Shown: positions 25,477 to 37,311 of the stretch, piece after piece
How the letters are laid out: the number at the start of each line of letters is the position of its first letter
Position numbering within the stretch: the stretch's first letter is position 1
Assembly: GCF_006345805.1 (NCBI RefSeq)
Contig: NC_043002.1
Location: 77,376,001-77,440,000, forward strand
DNA length: 64,000 nucleotides
DNA from: Octopus sinensis
Lineage: Eukaryota
Direction of reading: 5' to 3'
Translations under genes and position numbers: made by a program
Notes under the pieces: generated by a model
Seen by the model: only the letters and a program-made list of their open reading frames with translations
Told to the model about the DNA's origin: nothing
Database searches by the model: none

Positions 25477-26900
25477 ATCATCATCATTTTTAACGTCTGT
25501 TTTCCATGCTGGCATGGGTGGGATGGTTTGACAAGAGCTGGCCAGGCAGAAGCCTGCATGAGACTTCTGCAACTGTTTTGGCAGGGTTTTTAAAGCTGGA
25601 TGCCCTTCCGAACACCAACAGCTCAGCAGAATGGATTTAGTGTTTTTTATGTGGCATAAGCACAGGTGAGGTCAGTTTTGGCAAGTTTTTTTTACAGCTA
25701 GATGCCCTTCCAAATGCCAACCACTTTGCAATATGGACTGGATTCTTTTTAAGTGTCACCTGCACTGACAGGGTCACCAAGCAACCTGCTAGATTAAAAT
25801 CTTTTGAGAGGAGAGGGGGCATTACAGGAGGTGATCTTGTGTCAGATGATGAAAGGTTATAGTGAGACAGAGACAGAAACAGGAGTCTTGCTGTAGAGTA
25901 GGTACAAAGTTACCCAGCTGTAGAGCGAGAGAGAGATCAGGAATGAAGACAGAAACAGGTACGCTACTGCAAAGGAAATACATGGTTACCCATAGCAATG
26001 ACAAGTTTTCTTGTTACATGTGGCTGGAGCACACAGGTCAGAGGCTAGCGGAGAGCAATGATACAGTGAGACAGGGTCAAGAGGACAGGATTGGGGAGTG
26101 TGAGGTAAACATAGTGCATGTAGAGATGTAGTTTGGTTTGTTGTGGTAGAGTGTGTGAGAAGTTTTCTTGTTAAGTGTGGGTGGGACACCCAGCACTTCT
26201 ACAACTCAGTTTCGCTGACATGGGCGGGTCTTCTCGAGAACCTCATATTGCCAGACATCTCAGTTCATTGTCCTTTCCTCTAAGAGGCCCAACATCCTGA
26301 GATTGGTCCTTACCACTTCACCCTACGTTTTCCTGGGTCGCCCTCTTATGCGGGTACCACCCACTTTCAGTGATTGGCACTTCTTTATGCAATTGTCCTT
26401 ATTCATACACAGCACATGTCCAAACCAATGTAGTCTTCTCTCTTGCATGCTACATTTGATTCCTCTTATGCCCAACGTTGCTCTCAATACATTTGCACTT
26501 TGATATGCAACATCAGTGTGCATTTATGACAAACAGAGCATACTACCTTCATTCCTCTCTAGTCTACACATGTCTTCCACATTCAGAGCCCATGTCTCAC
26601 AATCATGGAGTATAGCCGTTCACAAACAAGCATCATACAATCTACCTTTCACTCTGAGAGAGAGAGAGAGTCCTTTTGTTGCCAACAGAGATAATAGCTC
26701 TCTAAACTTCCTCCACCCAATTCTTATTCTAAAAACAATACTTTCAGAGCATCCTCCACCATTGCTAATTTAGTCACCTAGGTAACAGAAACTATCTACA
26801 ACCTCAAGAGAGCCTCCTGGGAATTTGAGAAAATCTAATTCCCATGTGCTATTAGTGATTATTGTTCTTGCACATCTACCCATACAAAGACGACTTTATC
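25477..26900 (-). mobile_element. 5'-truncated RTE LINE (ORF2 C-terminus + 3'UTR)
   Basis: LGIRGIKCSMQERRLHWFGHV...RGRPRKT on the minus strand, continuous with a 3'UTR ending in catggaaaacagacgttaaa(ATG)n. Confidence 0.85.
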
Positions 26901-26954
26901 TGTTAATATACCTGTGATTCCACTGCACCTTTTATGTGTTCATAGTTTAAACTA

Positions 26955-28165
26955 GGTGCTTGGAAAGTGTAGTTGCTAGAATTAGAACTGGCTTGAGAAA
27001 GTTCAGAGAGCCAGTACCTTTGTTGGTAACAAAAGACTCTCCCTTAAAGTGAAAGGCAGATTGTATGATGCTTGTGTATGAACAGCTATGCTACATGGTA
27101 GTGAAAAGTGGGCTGTGACCACAGAGGACATGTGAAGGCTTGAAAGAAATTAAGCCAGCATGTTCTGCCGGATGTGCAAGGTCAGTGTGCATGTAAGATA
27201 AAATGTAAATATGTTGAGAGAAAAATTGAATATAAGAGGCATCAGATGTGGTATGCAAAGGAGGAGACTGTTCTGGTATGGTCATGTGATGCATTTGGAT
27301 GACATTTGCATAAAGTGCCAATTTTTAAATGTAGTGGAAACCTGTGGAAGAGGAAGACTTAGGAAGATGTGGGACGAAGTGGTGAAAAATGATCTTCAGA
27401 TATTGAGCCTCGCAGAGGAGATGACAAAAGAGTGAGAAGATTGGTAGATTGCTGTGCTTGAGAAGACACATCAAGTTTAATAAAACCAAGGCCATAAAGG
27501 GATATTCTTTCTGTCCATGCCCCTGCATACAATCTGTCCCTGACAAACCTCTATCTCCCACTCTCCCTTTGTGCCCTCATGAACCTACATGCACACAATG
27601 TGTCCTATTTGAATCTTTTCTCCACAACATATCCTCCAAACATACCCTCCCTTTATTTGTGTCAACTCACAACATGCCCTCTGCTTGCATCTCTCACTCT
27701 CCTCTCACAATCTTGCAAACATACCCACCCATTCACCCTATCCAGTCCTTGGTTCCACTTATGTACACCTCCCTGTAATGTGAATGCACCCCTCAACCCC
27801 ACTATCACACCTTCATCATCTCTCTTCTCTCTCTCCTCCTTTCTTTCCAGATGAAGTAGCCATGTGTCCCCTTCACTGCAAGACACCTATTTCTGACTCT
27901 CTATTCACACTCAAACCTCTCGTCACAAAGCCTCTGTTCAGGAGTCTTCTCTTGCTAGTTACTTGTTGACCTCACTGTTGCCACATAAATGGCATACACT
28001 TTTGATACACTTTTGTAAAGTGGTTGGTATTAGGAAGGGCATGCAACTATAGAAACCATATCTAAGCAAACAGTAAAGCTTGGTGCAGTCTTCTGACTTG
28101 CCAACCCCTGTCAAACTATCCATGCTAGCATGGAAAATGGATGTTAAATTATGACGACGACGATG
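26955..28165 (+). mobile_element. 5'-truncated RTE LINE (ORF2 C-terminus + 3'UTR)
   Basis: LREKLNIRGIRCGMQRRRLFWYGHV...GRGRLRKMWDEVV, 3'UTR ending CCATGCTAGCATGG (28120-28133) and (GAC/GAT)n. Confidence 0.85.
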
Positions 28166-28167
28166 TA

Positions 28168-28445
28168 TCATCATCATTGTTTAACGTCCGCTTTCCATGC
28201 TAGCATGGGTTGGACGGTTCGACTGGGGTCTGGGAAGCCAGGAGGCTGCACCAGGCCAGTCAGATCTGGCAGTGTTTCTACAGCTGGATGCCCTTCCTAA
28301 TGCCAACCACTCTGTGAGTGTAGTGGGTGCTTTTTATGTGCCACTGACACATGTGCCAGACGAGGCTGGCAAACGGTCACGCTCAGATGGTGCTTTTTAC
28401 GTGCCACCAGCACGGAGGCCAGTCGATGCGGTGCTGGCTATGGCC
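28168..28445 (-). mobile_element. RTE 3'UTR, tail-to-tail with the previous copy
   Basis: (ATC)n ttaacgtccgctttCCATGCTAGCATGG (28195-28208) followed by the conserved body. Confidence 0.8.
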
Positions 28446-29670
28446 ACGTTCGGATGGTTCTCTTATGTGTGTATAAATATATGTGTTACTGTCTTCTTAC
28501 TTTGACATCGTATGATAGCTGTAAATAAATGTCATCCTCATGTAAATGGTGTCCTTTGTTTCCAGTCTTCCATGAAAATGTGACCAGACATATTTTCATG
28601 GAAGCAGGTGAGGGTTAGTGACAGGAGGAGCATCCAGCTGTAGAAAATCCATCTCAACAAATTTTGTCTGACTCATGCAAGCATGAAAAAGTGGACATTA
28701 AGTGATGTTGACAGCAATGAGTTAAACACAACACACCTTGCCTGGAATTTTCACAGTAATTACCAGTGACCATACTTCCCACACCTCTAAATTTTTAAGC
28801 AATTTAAATTTCCCCATCAAAGTTCTTCTTGTTATCCTTGACGATAATTGTCATTGACAGTTGTCATTGTCAGTAATGACTTTTCTTTCCACTATATATA
28901 CATAATTTAACTTGATTAAGAATTCTTTTTGGGTTATTACATTTAAGTATATTAGGCTGCACTTGACTGTGTTCTCCAAGCACTCGGCATCCCTGGGATA
29001 TTTTCTGATGTCTCTAGATAATAAATTCATACGTAAGTTGATTATAATTAGAAGCAACCTAAACAGTAATTTCTAGAAGAAATTAAATAGAATCTTTTGA
29101 TATTTATTCAAAAACAACCTTGGTAAATCAATACATTAAGCTGGATGAGTATAACAAGCTCAAATATAGATTTTTACAGTCAAGTTTTATTGTAGAACAA
29201 AACTGTATGTATATTGTACCTATGTGTGAATATTTATGCATTTATTAATATATGAATAAACCTATATTTATGTCAGTGTAATTGTTGTTATATTGTCCTG
29301 GTTCCAATAAGTTCTATAAATTATGTAAGCTATTGTTCTCCCACCTTTGAAAATATATTTAATTTTCTCGGCAAATACACCAACCAGTGTCACATCACAT
29401 TAACAAGTACAATAGCTGTGGCTGTTAGGAAAGATGTATCAGAAATCTGGGCTTGGCAGTTATACATTAGTTGTTAATTGACCTGATGTGTTAGTTAATT
29501 GTAATGTTAAATATATATTACCTGTGTGTGTGCGTGCATGTGTCTACATCTCAATAAATAACTTGTTACTTTAGACTACTCTCCTTTGCTTGACTTCTTT
29601 GTTTATTACTCTCCCTTGCATGTATAAGTATGCACATGTGCATGCATGTATATGCAAATGTATGTGTGTA

Positions 29671-30310
29671 CAGGGTGCGATGTGTAAATTGTTACCATTT
29701 TATATTTTTAATTTTGCGCATGTGCATTGTTTGTTTTTGATTTTATCAACTACACAATATAGTAGGGTCAGTTGGGCACTGTCTGTGAGAAAAACAACAC
29801 CATGACACAATTCACTCTGCCAGAAATTTGGAAATGACATGCTGTACTGCTTGACATTTGTGCCAGAATCTCCAATACAAACATTTCAGAGTGTTTGGGT
29901 GTCAATCTGAGGACAGTGTAATATGAGGACATGTACTGAGAGTGATAAAAATCAAACATCCAGTCAACATCATAGTGTTTGGAGTGATCACTAGTGATGG
30001 TAACGTTATGCCTCTATTCATCTTCCCACATGGCCTCAAACTCGAGTGCTTGGAGGAGGTAGTGCTGCCTGAGTCAAGAGGGTGGTTGCTGGGGCACAGT
30101 TGAGCGAGAGACCAACAAAACTCCTTGCAATACCAAAGATTAACTAAAGGCAAAGATTATGGCAGCATTCACCAACTTAAACAAGGAGACTGTCCAGAAG
30201 AGTTGCAGGAGATTCTGAAGTCATCTGGAGGCTGTGGTTGAAGCCAATGACGATTTTATTAAATAAATTTACTGTTTAGTATTTCAAGATATTTTTATCT
30301 AATTTTGGTA
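29671..30310 (+). mobile_element. Internally deleted Tc1/mariner-superfamily transposon
   Basis: TA|CAGGGTGCG left end; transposase remnants KHPVNIIVFGVITSDGNVMPLFIFPHG, CLEEVVLP and terminal LEAVVEANDDFI. Right TIR not found. Confidence 0.75.
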
Positions 30311-30359
30311 AGGCTTCTTGTGCTGTGTGTGTGAAAACATATTTTGATTATACCCTTAT

Positions 30360-32522
30360 ACCCGCATACAGGCGCCCTGATGAGTGTCATATACAGTTAA
30401 AGGTACTTCATATATAGGTATTTAGGCATATAATACTTAAACTGCCTATGTAACCACCCTATTGTCATACCCATTTGTTGGCTCTTGCTCTTGATGTTGG
30501 ATGACATGGAGGGAAACTGTGATTCATTGTATTTCACTGAGTAAAATATAGACCAAAACTCTTAGTTTCAGGTAATGACAACATTTCCACGACTACTTTG
30601 CCACCACCACTCACAAGTACACAGTCTCAGGGCCACTACCATCAATGTTGGCACAATGAAAGGGAGGAGTGGGGCGATTATTGAAATGATGGATTGACAT
30701 CATGTTGATGTGTGTGTGGTGTGCAAGAAATAAGATGGAGGAGAGCTTCAGCTAGATTCCTCACGAGTAAGAGTCAGAGATTCAAATTCTTCTGGGTTGG
30801 CAGGAAGGATGGGGTAGGTGGTGCAGGCATACTGTTAGCAGAAAAGTGGATAGATAAGGTAATTGAGGTAGTCAGAATATGTGACAGGGTAATTGAGATA
30901 AGATTTATCATAGATAAATTAACAGTTACATTTGTCTCTGCCTATGCTCCTCAATCTGGGCTGACTGATGAGCAGAAGGACCAATTTTATGAAGTCCTTT
31001 TGCAGACCACCTTAATGACAAATGACAGAGACTTTGTTATTGTGGCTGGTGACTTCAATGGACATGTCAGACAGCATCCTTATGGATACCCAGGAATGCA
31101 TGGGGGCTATGGCTTTGGATCTAGAAATGAGAAGGGAACAAGACTGCTGGAGTCCTGTGATGCAAATGATCTCATGATCTGCAACACTAACTTCAAAGAA
31201 ACCAGCCAGCCACCTAATCACTTATCAGTTTGGTGAGCACATAAGCCAGATTGACTACCTCCTTACCAGGCAATTAAATAGATGGATGCTTAAAAATGCA
31301 ATGTCTTTCCCTGGTGAAGAGGGTACAACCCAACATAGGTTACTAGCTAGTGACTTCAAAATTAGAGCTAGAAAGACTTGGAGAAATAAACCAATCTGGA
31401 AAAGAAGACTATGGAAGCTCAAAGACCCAGCAAAAGAAGACTATGGAAGCTCAAAGACCCAGCAAAACTTTAGAGATTTATTAATAGAAGCTTCTGATGA
31501 AAGAGTGAAAGAGTTGGGGACATACAGCTTATAGAACAATTGGAAGTTCCTGCAGGACAATCTACTGAGGGCTAAAGACAAAATCTGTGGTTGGTGCAGA
31601 GTCCCAGCTAGACCAAGGGTGACATGGTGGTGGAGCAAGGAGGTTGACAGTGCTATAAAAGCAAAAAGTTAAGCTTGGAAAAACTGGAAAAAATGGTGGA
31701 AGCAGAGAATTATATCAGGTAGCCGAAAGGGCAGCTAGGTGCCAGGTATACATAGCAAAAAGAGTAGCTGAAGGCAAGAGATTTGCAAATGTTCTACAGC
31801 TTAAGGATCAGAGGCCTGTGGTATTCAGGATTGCAAAGCAGTGTATCAGTGAGAATAAAGATGTGGTAGATGAGAAATGTGTGTGAATGGATAATGGTAT
31901 GCTTGAACTTAGTGACTCAGAGAAGAAAGATTCATAGAAGTGTCACTATGAAAAGTTACTAAATATGGAAAATGAATGGAAAAAGGAGAGTCTACCAAAT
32001 ATTGAACCAATTGAGAGACCAGCCATCAAAGTTGATAGCAGTATAATAGATAAGGTAATTAAGGACATGAAGATAGGAAAGCCCCTGGGCCATCAGGAAT
32101 CACTGCTGAGATGATTAAAATTTTTGGCAGAGTAGGTTTACAGCTTAGTCACCTATATAGTTAATCAGGTTATTCAGGAAGGCACCATCCCCAATGATTG
32201 GTGTAGTAGTATTATAGTTAGCTGCTACAAGGGTGCAGGTAATGCCTTAGATAAAAACAACTACAGAAACATTAAATTGCTAGACCAAGTCGTGAAAGTT
32301 ACTGAGAGGGATATAACTCAATTGATTAAGAATAGAATTAAACTACATGAGATGCAGTTTGGTTTTGTACCTGGGAAGAGTACCACAGATACCATCTTCC
32401 TAGTGAGACAGCTGCAGGAAAAGTACTTGGTCAAAAGTAAGCCATTATACTTAGCCTTCATCGACCTGGAGAAAGCTACCGACAGAGTTCCTTGCTCTGT
32501 TATATGGTAGTCTCTAGGGAAG
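30360..32522 (+). mobile_element. Decayed RTE LINE: 5' region, AP endonuclease and RT N-terminus; 3' half missing
   Basis: VQEIRW..SAYAPQ..VAGDFNGHV..NTNFK (APE), later QFGFVPGKSTTDTIFLVRQLQEKY..FIDLEKA.DRVP (RT), with many stops and frameshifts. Confidence 0.9.
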
Positions 32523-33196
32523 TTAGTGCAGTTTCTCTTCTAGCTGTCTTGCACAGTTCTCTGCTACCCCTTCCCTTTCAGTCCTTTCATGTCAGACAGG
32601 CTTGTTTCAGTTTCTGTCTACCAAATCCACTCACAAGGCTTTAATTGGCCCAGAGATATATCAGAAGACACTTGCCCCAAAAAACACTCAGTGGGACTGA
32701 ACCTGAGACCATGTGGTTGGGAAGCAAGCTTCTTAACCACACACCCATGCCTGCACCATAATTAAGGGTAAATATTTCATAGTAATATAAATATGCTTTA
32801 AAAGCTGCATCTTGCTACTGATATGCTGTTAGTTAAAATTGCACTATATATATATTGGTAATATCTGTTTGTGAAGAAAGTGCCTGATATAGATCAGGAG
32901 TCAGCTTTGAAAAATATTCATTGAATTCTATTTTTGCCTTTCATTGTTTGAGGCATAATAATGAAGAAAAATATATTCTAGTGCTTATTTGATTAACACA
33001 ATCCCCCCCCCCCAACAACCACCTTTCTCCATTCATTACTTTGCAAAGCCATATTCTCTACCACAACTTAAAATTTCCAGTGAGAGAATCTCTAAGTGGT
33101 TACACAACCTACTAGAAGTAACAGCCAAATATCCTTTAAATCACACATCAACATTTTTAAAAGAGAAAATGATATCCTAAAATTCAAGTGACATGT

Positions 33197-33509
33197 AAAA
33201 AGCATTGGTGTTGGTGTCAAGTAAAATGCACTGGTGATGGTTCTATGTAAAAAGTAATGGTAATAGTTCCATGTAAAAAACAATGGTGATGGTGCCACAT
33301 AAAAAAGCACTGATGATGGTGTCACGTAAAAAGCACTGATGATGGTGTCACGTAAAAAGCACTGATGATGGTGCCAGATAAAAAGCACTGGTAATGGTGC
33401 CACATAAAAAGCATTGCTGATGGTGCCACATAATAAGCACTGATGGTGGTGCAACATACAAAGCACTGGTGATGGTGCCATATAAAAAGCATTAATGATG
33501 GTGCCACGT
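33197..33509 (+). repeat. 26-bp minisatellite (12 units) inside an RTE 3'UTR (about 33190-33680)
   Basis: Consensus aaaaagcactggtgatggtgccacRt, head-to-tail with no spacers, followed by the standard RTE 3' terminal segment. Confidence 0.9.
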
Positions 33510-34243
33510 AAAACGTACCACTACACTCTGTAAAGTGGTTGGTGGTAGGGAGGGAATCCAGCTGTAGAAACTAAAGCAAAATAGACTATGGTACCAGGTG
33601 CAACCCCTATCCTTACCAGTTCCTGTTCAGCTGTCCAACCCGTACCAGCATGGAAAACAGACGTTAAATGATGATGATGAAAGGATACATTGGATGAGGT
33701 AGTCCTAGATATGTTTAAAAAAAGGAAATGTATGGGGTGACCACAGCTGAAATGCCTTTGATCATAGTTCTGCTCAGCCAAGATTGATCTACAGCAATGA
33801 TTAAAATTGTCAAACCACTCTCAGTCTCTCCTTTCAAACCATAGAAGGTTTCAGAGAATATTTGTACCCATATGCAACCTACTTCAAACGGATTGATTTC
33901 ATTCTAATAAATTTTTATTCATTTCTTTTATACGTATAATGCAATTGGCAAGCAATAGCAATGATTGATTACAGGTTTTTCAGCAGACCAACTAATGGTT
34001 GACTGAATTCCAGACAAGGAAGCATATGCAATTCAGTACAAGGTCTTTGTTCTTGTTAAGGACCTCATTAAAAACACACCAGGCTTTCATTGATATTTAC
34101 ATCCTTTGTTCATATGCATCAACAAAAGATCTACTGACAGAGGCCATGATATATTTTGTACAAGATGTTATACAGTGGATAGAACCTAAAATTACATGGT
34201 TGTATACAAAACCTCTTAACTGCATAGCCATACTTTTACCCAT

Positions 34244-34278
<35 letters not shown>

Positions 34279-34503
34279 CTTTATTTAAAAGCAGCAGAAA
34301 TATAACAAAAGCTGTTACTCAGAGTTTCACGTTCCTGTTCATCGGACAGTTTTAAGAAAACTGTCTGACGAACGGGAACGTGAAACTCTGAGTAACAGCT
34401 TTTGTTATATTTCTGCTGCTTTTAAATAAAGCATATTACTCTACCTCTGGTATTTGAGTACTCCTTTTATCCACCTTATTTCACATTTAAGTGCTTACTC
34501 CGG
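34279..34503 (+). ncRNA. Minimal type-I hammerhead ribozyme in a 75-bp-arm palindrome (Penelope pLTR-like element)
   Basis: Stem I AAAACTGT(34357-64)/ACAG-C-TTTT(34395-403); core CTGACGA 34365-71; stem II ACG-GGAA-CGT; GAA 34382-84; stem III ACTC-T-GAGT; predicted cleavage GUA^ after 34394. Arms 34279-34353 and 34357-34431 differ at 3 positions. (TA)n on both sides. Confidence 0.8.
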
Positions 34504-34524
34504 TATATATATATATATATATCA

Positions 34525-34880
34525 TTTATCTTTTGCTTTTTTCAGTCATTAGACTGCAGCCATCCCGGGGCATTACCTTGAAGGAATGTTTACGTTTACA
34601 AATCAACCCCACTATTTATCTCTTAAAGCCTAGTACTTATTCTATCAGTTTCTTTTGCTGAACTGCTAAGTCACAGGGATGTAAACACACCAAAGCCAGT
34701 TGTCCAGTGGTGGTGGAAAACAAACATGGGGACAAAGATATGCACACACTAAGCTTCTTTTAGTTTCCATCTACCAAATCCACGCACAAAGCTTTGGTCA
34801 GCCTGAAGTCATACTAGAAGACCCTTGCCCAAGGTGCCATGTGTTAGGATTGAACCTGGATCCATGTGGTTGAGACAAGC
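34525..34880 (-). mobile_element. SINE family A (decayed)
   Basis: Reverse complement of the family A body and head. Confidence 0.7.
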
Positions 34881-35173
34881 TATATCCTCAGTAAGCACTT
34901 CTGCAAATACTGGCTGGCAATTGTATAGCCATCAACGATTTGCCTTTAAGAAGAAAACTATCCATACAAACTGAAATTCCAGGTCGTGTGTGTGTGCATG
35001 ACTGCTTGAATTGTTGGATTATGAAGTTATATAAAAAAACAACAACAAACATTTACTGATGAAAGGATTCAATGCTTTTAGCAGAATCGAATTTATTATG
35101 CATATTGGATTGACTAGGATTTCAAATTTTGCCTGTAATGATTTATTCAACCAATTATATATACGCGTGTGTG

Positions 35174-35235
<62 letters not shown>

Positions 35236-35519
35236 ATGTATATATATATATGAATGTATACGCATGTATTATATTATACATAAATCAATATAGTGTAAAC
35301 ACAACAACAGAACTGTATAGCGTTCAACATATCTATCAAATCTACACCAAATTTCATTTAGTGTTTCTCATGCATTAACATCCTCAGATCACTGTGATTA
35401 TAACATTGATCAACCAGTGTGATAATGTATTGAACAAACAAATAAGATCCTCTCCCACTCACACACACATACTTTAACAACTCTCACTACTCGTAACTAA
35501 CAGAGCTATTGCTGTCTCT

Positions 35520-35995
35520 GTTGCTGCTGTTGTTTAGCCCCAGGTTAGCGGCCATGGTCAAGCAGAACTATGATCAAAGGTATTCCAATCATGACCATCT
35601 CATTTATTCATCGATCATGGACTACATTGTCCAGTGTGTCCTTTCTTTTCGTTTGAAACAATAGGATGTATTAGAGGGAGGTTGGGTGCTATTTCTAACA
35701 GTTTAAGCAACAATACAGTGGTTAGATTATAGTGTTATTGTTCTTGTTGTTATTGTTGTTGGTGTAATTTTCATTGTTACTGCTTTGGTTTAACCCCCAC
35801 CTCAGATCTGACTGAACAAGCCTGCAGTCAAAGGCATTCCAGCTATGGCCATCACAGCTTTTTCAAGCATTGTTTACTTTAAACTACATTGTCCAATGTT
35901 TATCTTTTTAAGGTACTAAGGAGTGATTTGAGTGAAGTTTTGGTTGCCATTTCTAGCATGGTAACGACCATATGAAGGCTCTTTTGTTGATTCAC
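35520..35995 (-). mobile_element. Two tandem copies of a further SINE-like repeat (family D)
   Basis: (GTT)n-tttagcccca..tcaaaggcattcca..gaccatc..gactacattgtccagtgt..gctatttcta repeated; related reverse copy at 12960-13110. Confidence 0.6.
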
Positions 35996-36701
35996 AGGCT
36001 GATCCAGATAGTACAGGATTGGATTCAATGTGTTATATCATCTCCTGCAGCGTGTCTATATTTCTAAGTTCATATCCTACCAGGGTTACATTCTCTAACA
36101 ATTTCTCCAGGGATGCTACAAAAAAAAAAAGGCCACACATTCTGGGGCCAAATACACCAACTGTTCTATCCCACACCAACTCACTCACTGACTAACAACA
36201 GAGAAATACTAGTAGCCAAGACAGAAATTGATCTGCTCTATTTTTCTATATAGAGTGATCGATTAAATCAATCACGCAGCTTTTATCCTCCTATAACTTT
36301 ATCTTTGATGCCAAATAATTGAGGATCATCCATCCTAACTATACTATACTGTAAATATCAAATATAATCCCTACCAACACCACCACCACCACAATATACC
36401 AGGCTCTTCAACATCCATACACATTCAGCTGAACATCAATGCCATACTCAGCCACTCAGAAATGGGTTCTATTCAGCAAATGATGTAGCAAATTCAGCCT
36501 TGTGTGTGTGTGTGTGTGTAGATAGATAGATAGATAGAGAAGTAGACAAACAGACAGATATAGATTTGAGTTTGTATTATTATGTATAGAAGACTATATT
36601 AATCAACGAAATTCCAACCTAGTCTGATTTTCACACATTATTTATAATTTTTACAATTTTACAATATTAAAATAATAGAATATGATGTGTGTGTGTGTGT
36701 G

Positions 36702-36875
36702 TATATTGTGATAAAACTTACAGTTCATAAGATTCAGCCTGCTGGAGCCCATTGGCAAGTATTTAAAGGATAAATCTAATCATTTTATGACAATTGTCAA
36801 TTGTGGTACTCGACTGTCGCTACATAAACCTGATGATTGCATAACGCATGAAAGTACTAGTTTTATCACAATATA
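36702..36875 (+). ncRNA. Short element with 17-bp inverted ends containing a minimal type-I hammerhead motif
   Basis: tatattgtgataaaact (36702-18) / agttttatcacaatata (36859-75). AAAC-CTGATGA(36830-36)-T-TGC-ATAAC-GCA-T-GAA(36850-52)-AGTACT-A^(36859)-GTTT. Confidence 0.6.
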
Positions 36876-36884
36876 TTATTTTAT

Positions 36885-37205
36885 TCTTTTACTTGTTTTA
36901 GTCATTTGTCTGTGGCCAAATCGACCCCAGGACTTATTCTTTGTAAGCCTAGTACTTATTCTATCAATCTCTTTTTGCCAAACCACTAAGTTATGGGGAC
37001 ATAAACACACCAACATCAGTTGTCAAGCAATGGTTGAGGGACAAACTCAGTCACACAAACATATACATATATACAACAGGCTTCTTTCAGTTTCTGTCTA
37101 CCAAATCCACTCACAAGGCTTTGGTCATCCCAAGGCTATAGCAGAAGACACTTGCCCAAGGTGCCACGCAGTGGGACTGAATCCAGAAGCATGTGGCTGG
37201 AAAGC
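36885..37205 (-). mobile_element. SINE family A
   Basis: Reverse complement of the family A consensus. Confidence 0.75.
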
Positions 37206-37311
37206 AAATTATTTCAATATTGTAAAATTCCAAAAATTGTAAATAATAAAACATGAAAATCAGACAAAAATGGAATTTCATCGATTAATATATATATATA
37301 TATATATATAT

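Noticed and set aside
28851-29057. Minus-strand ORF (DIRKYPRDAECLENTVKCSL) as a host exon
   Set aside because: No recognisable homology and a weak donor.
30371-30420. CTGATGA in the RTE leader as a hammerhead core
   Set aside because: A weak stem (TGT/ACA) follows but there is no GAAA and no stem III.
33197-33509. CRISPR-like array
   Set aside because: Units are head-to-tail with no unique spacers, there are no cas genes, and the context is a eukaryotic LINE UTR.
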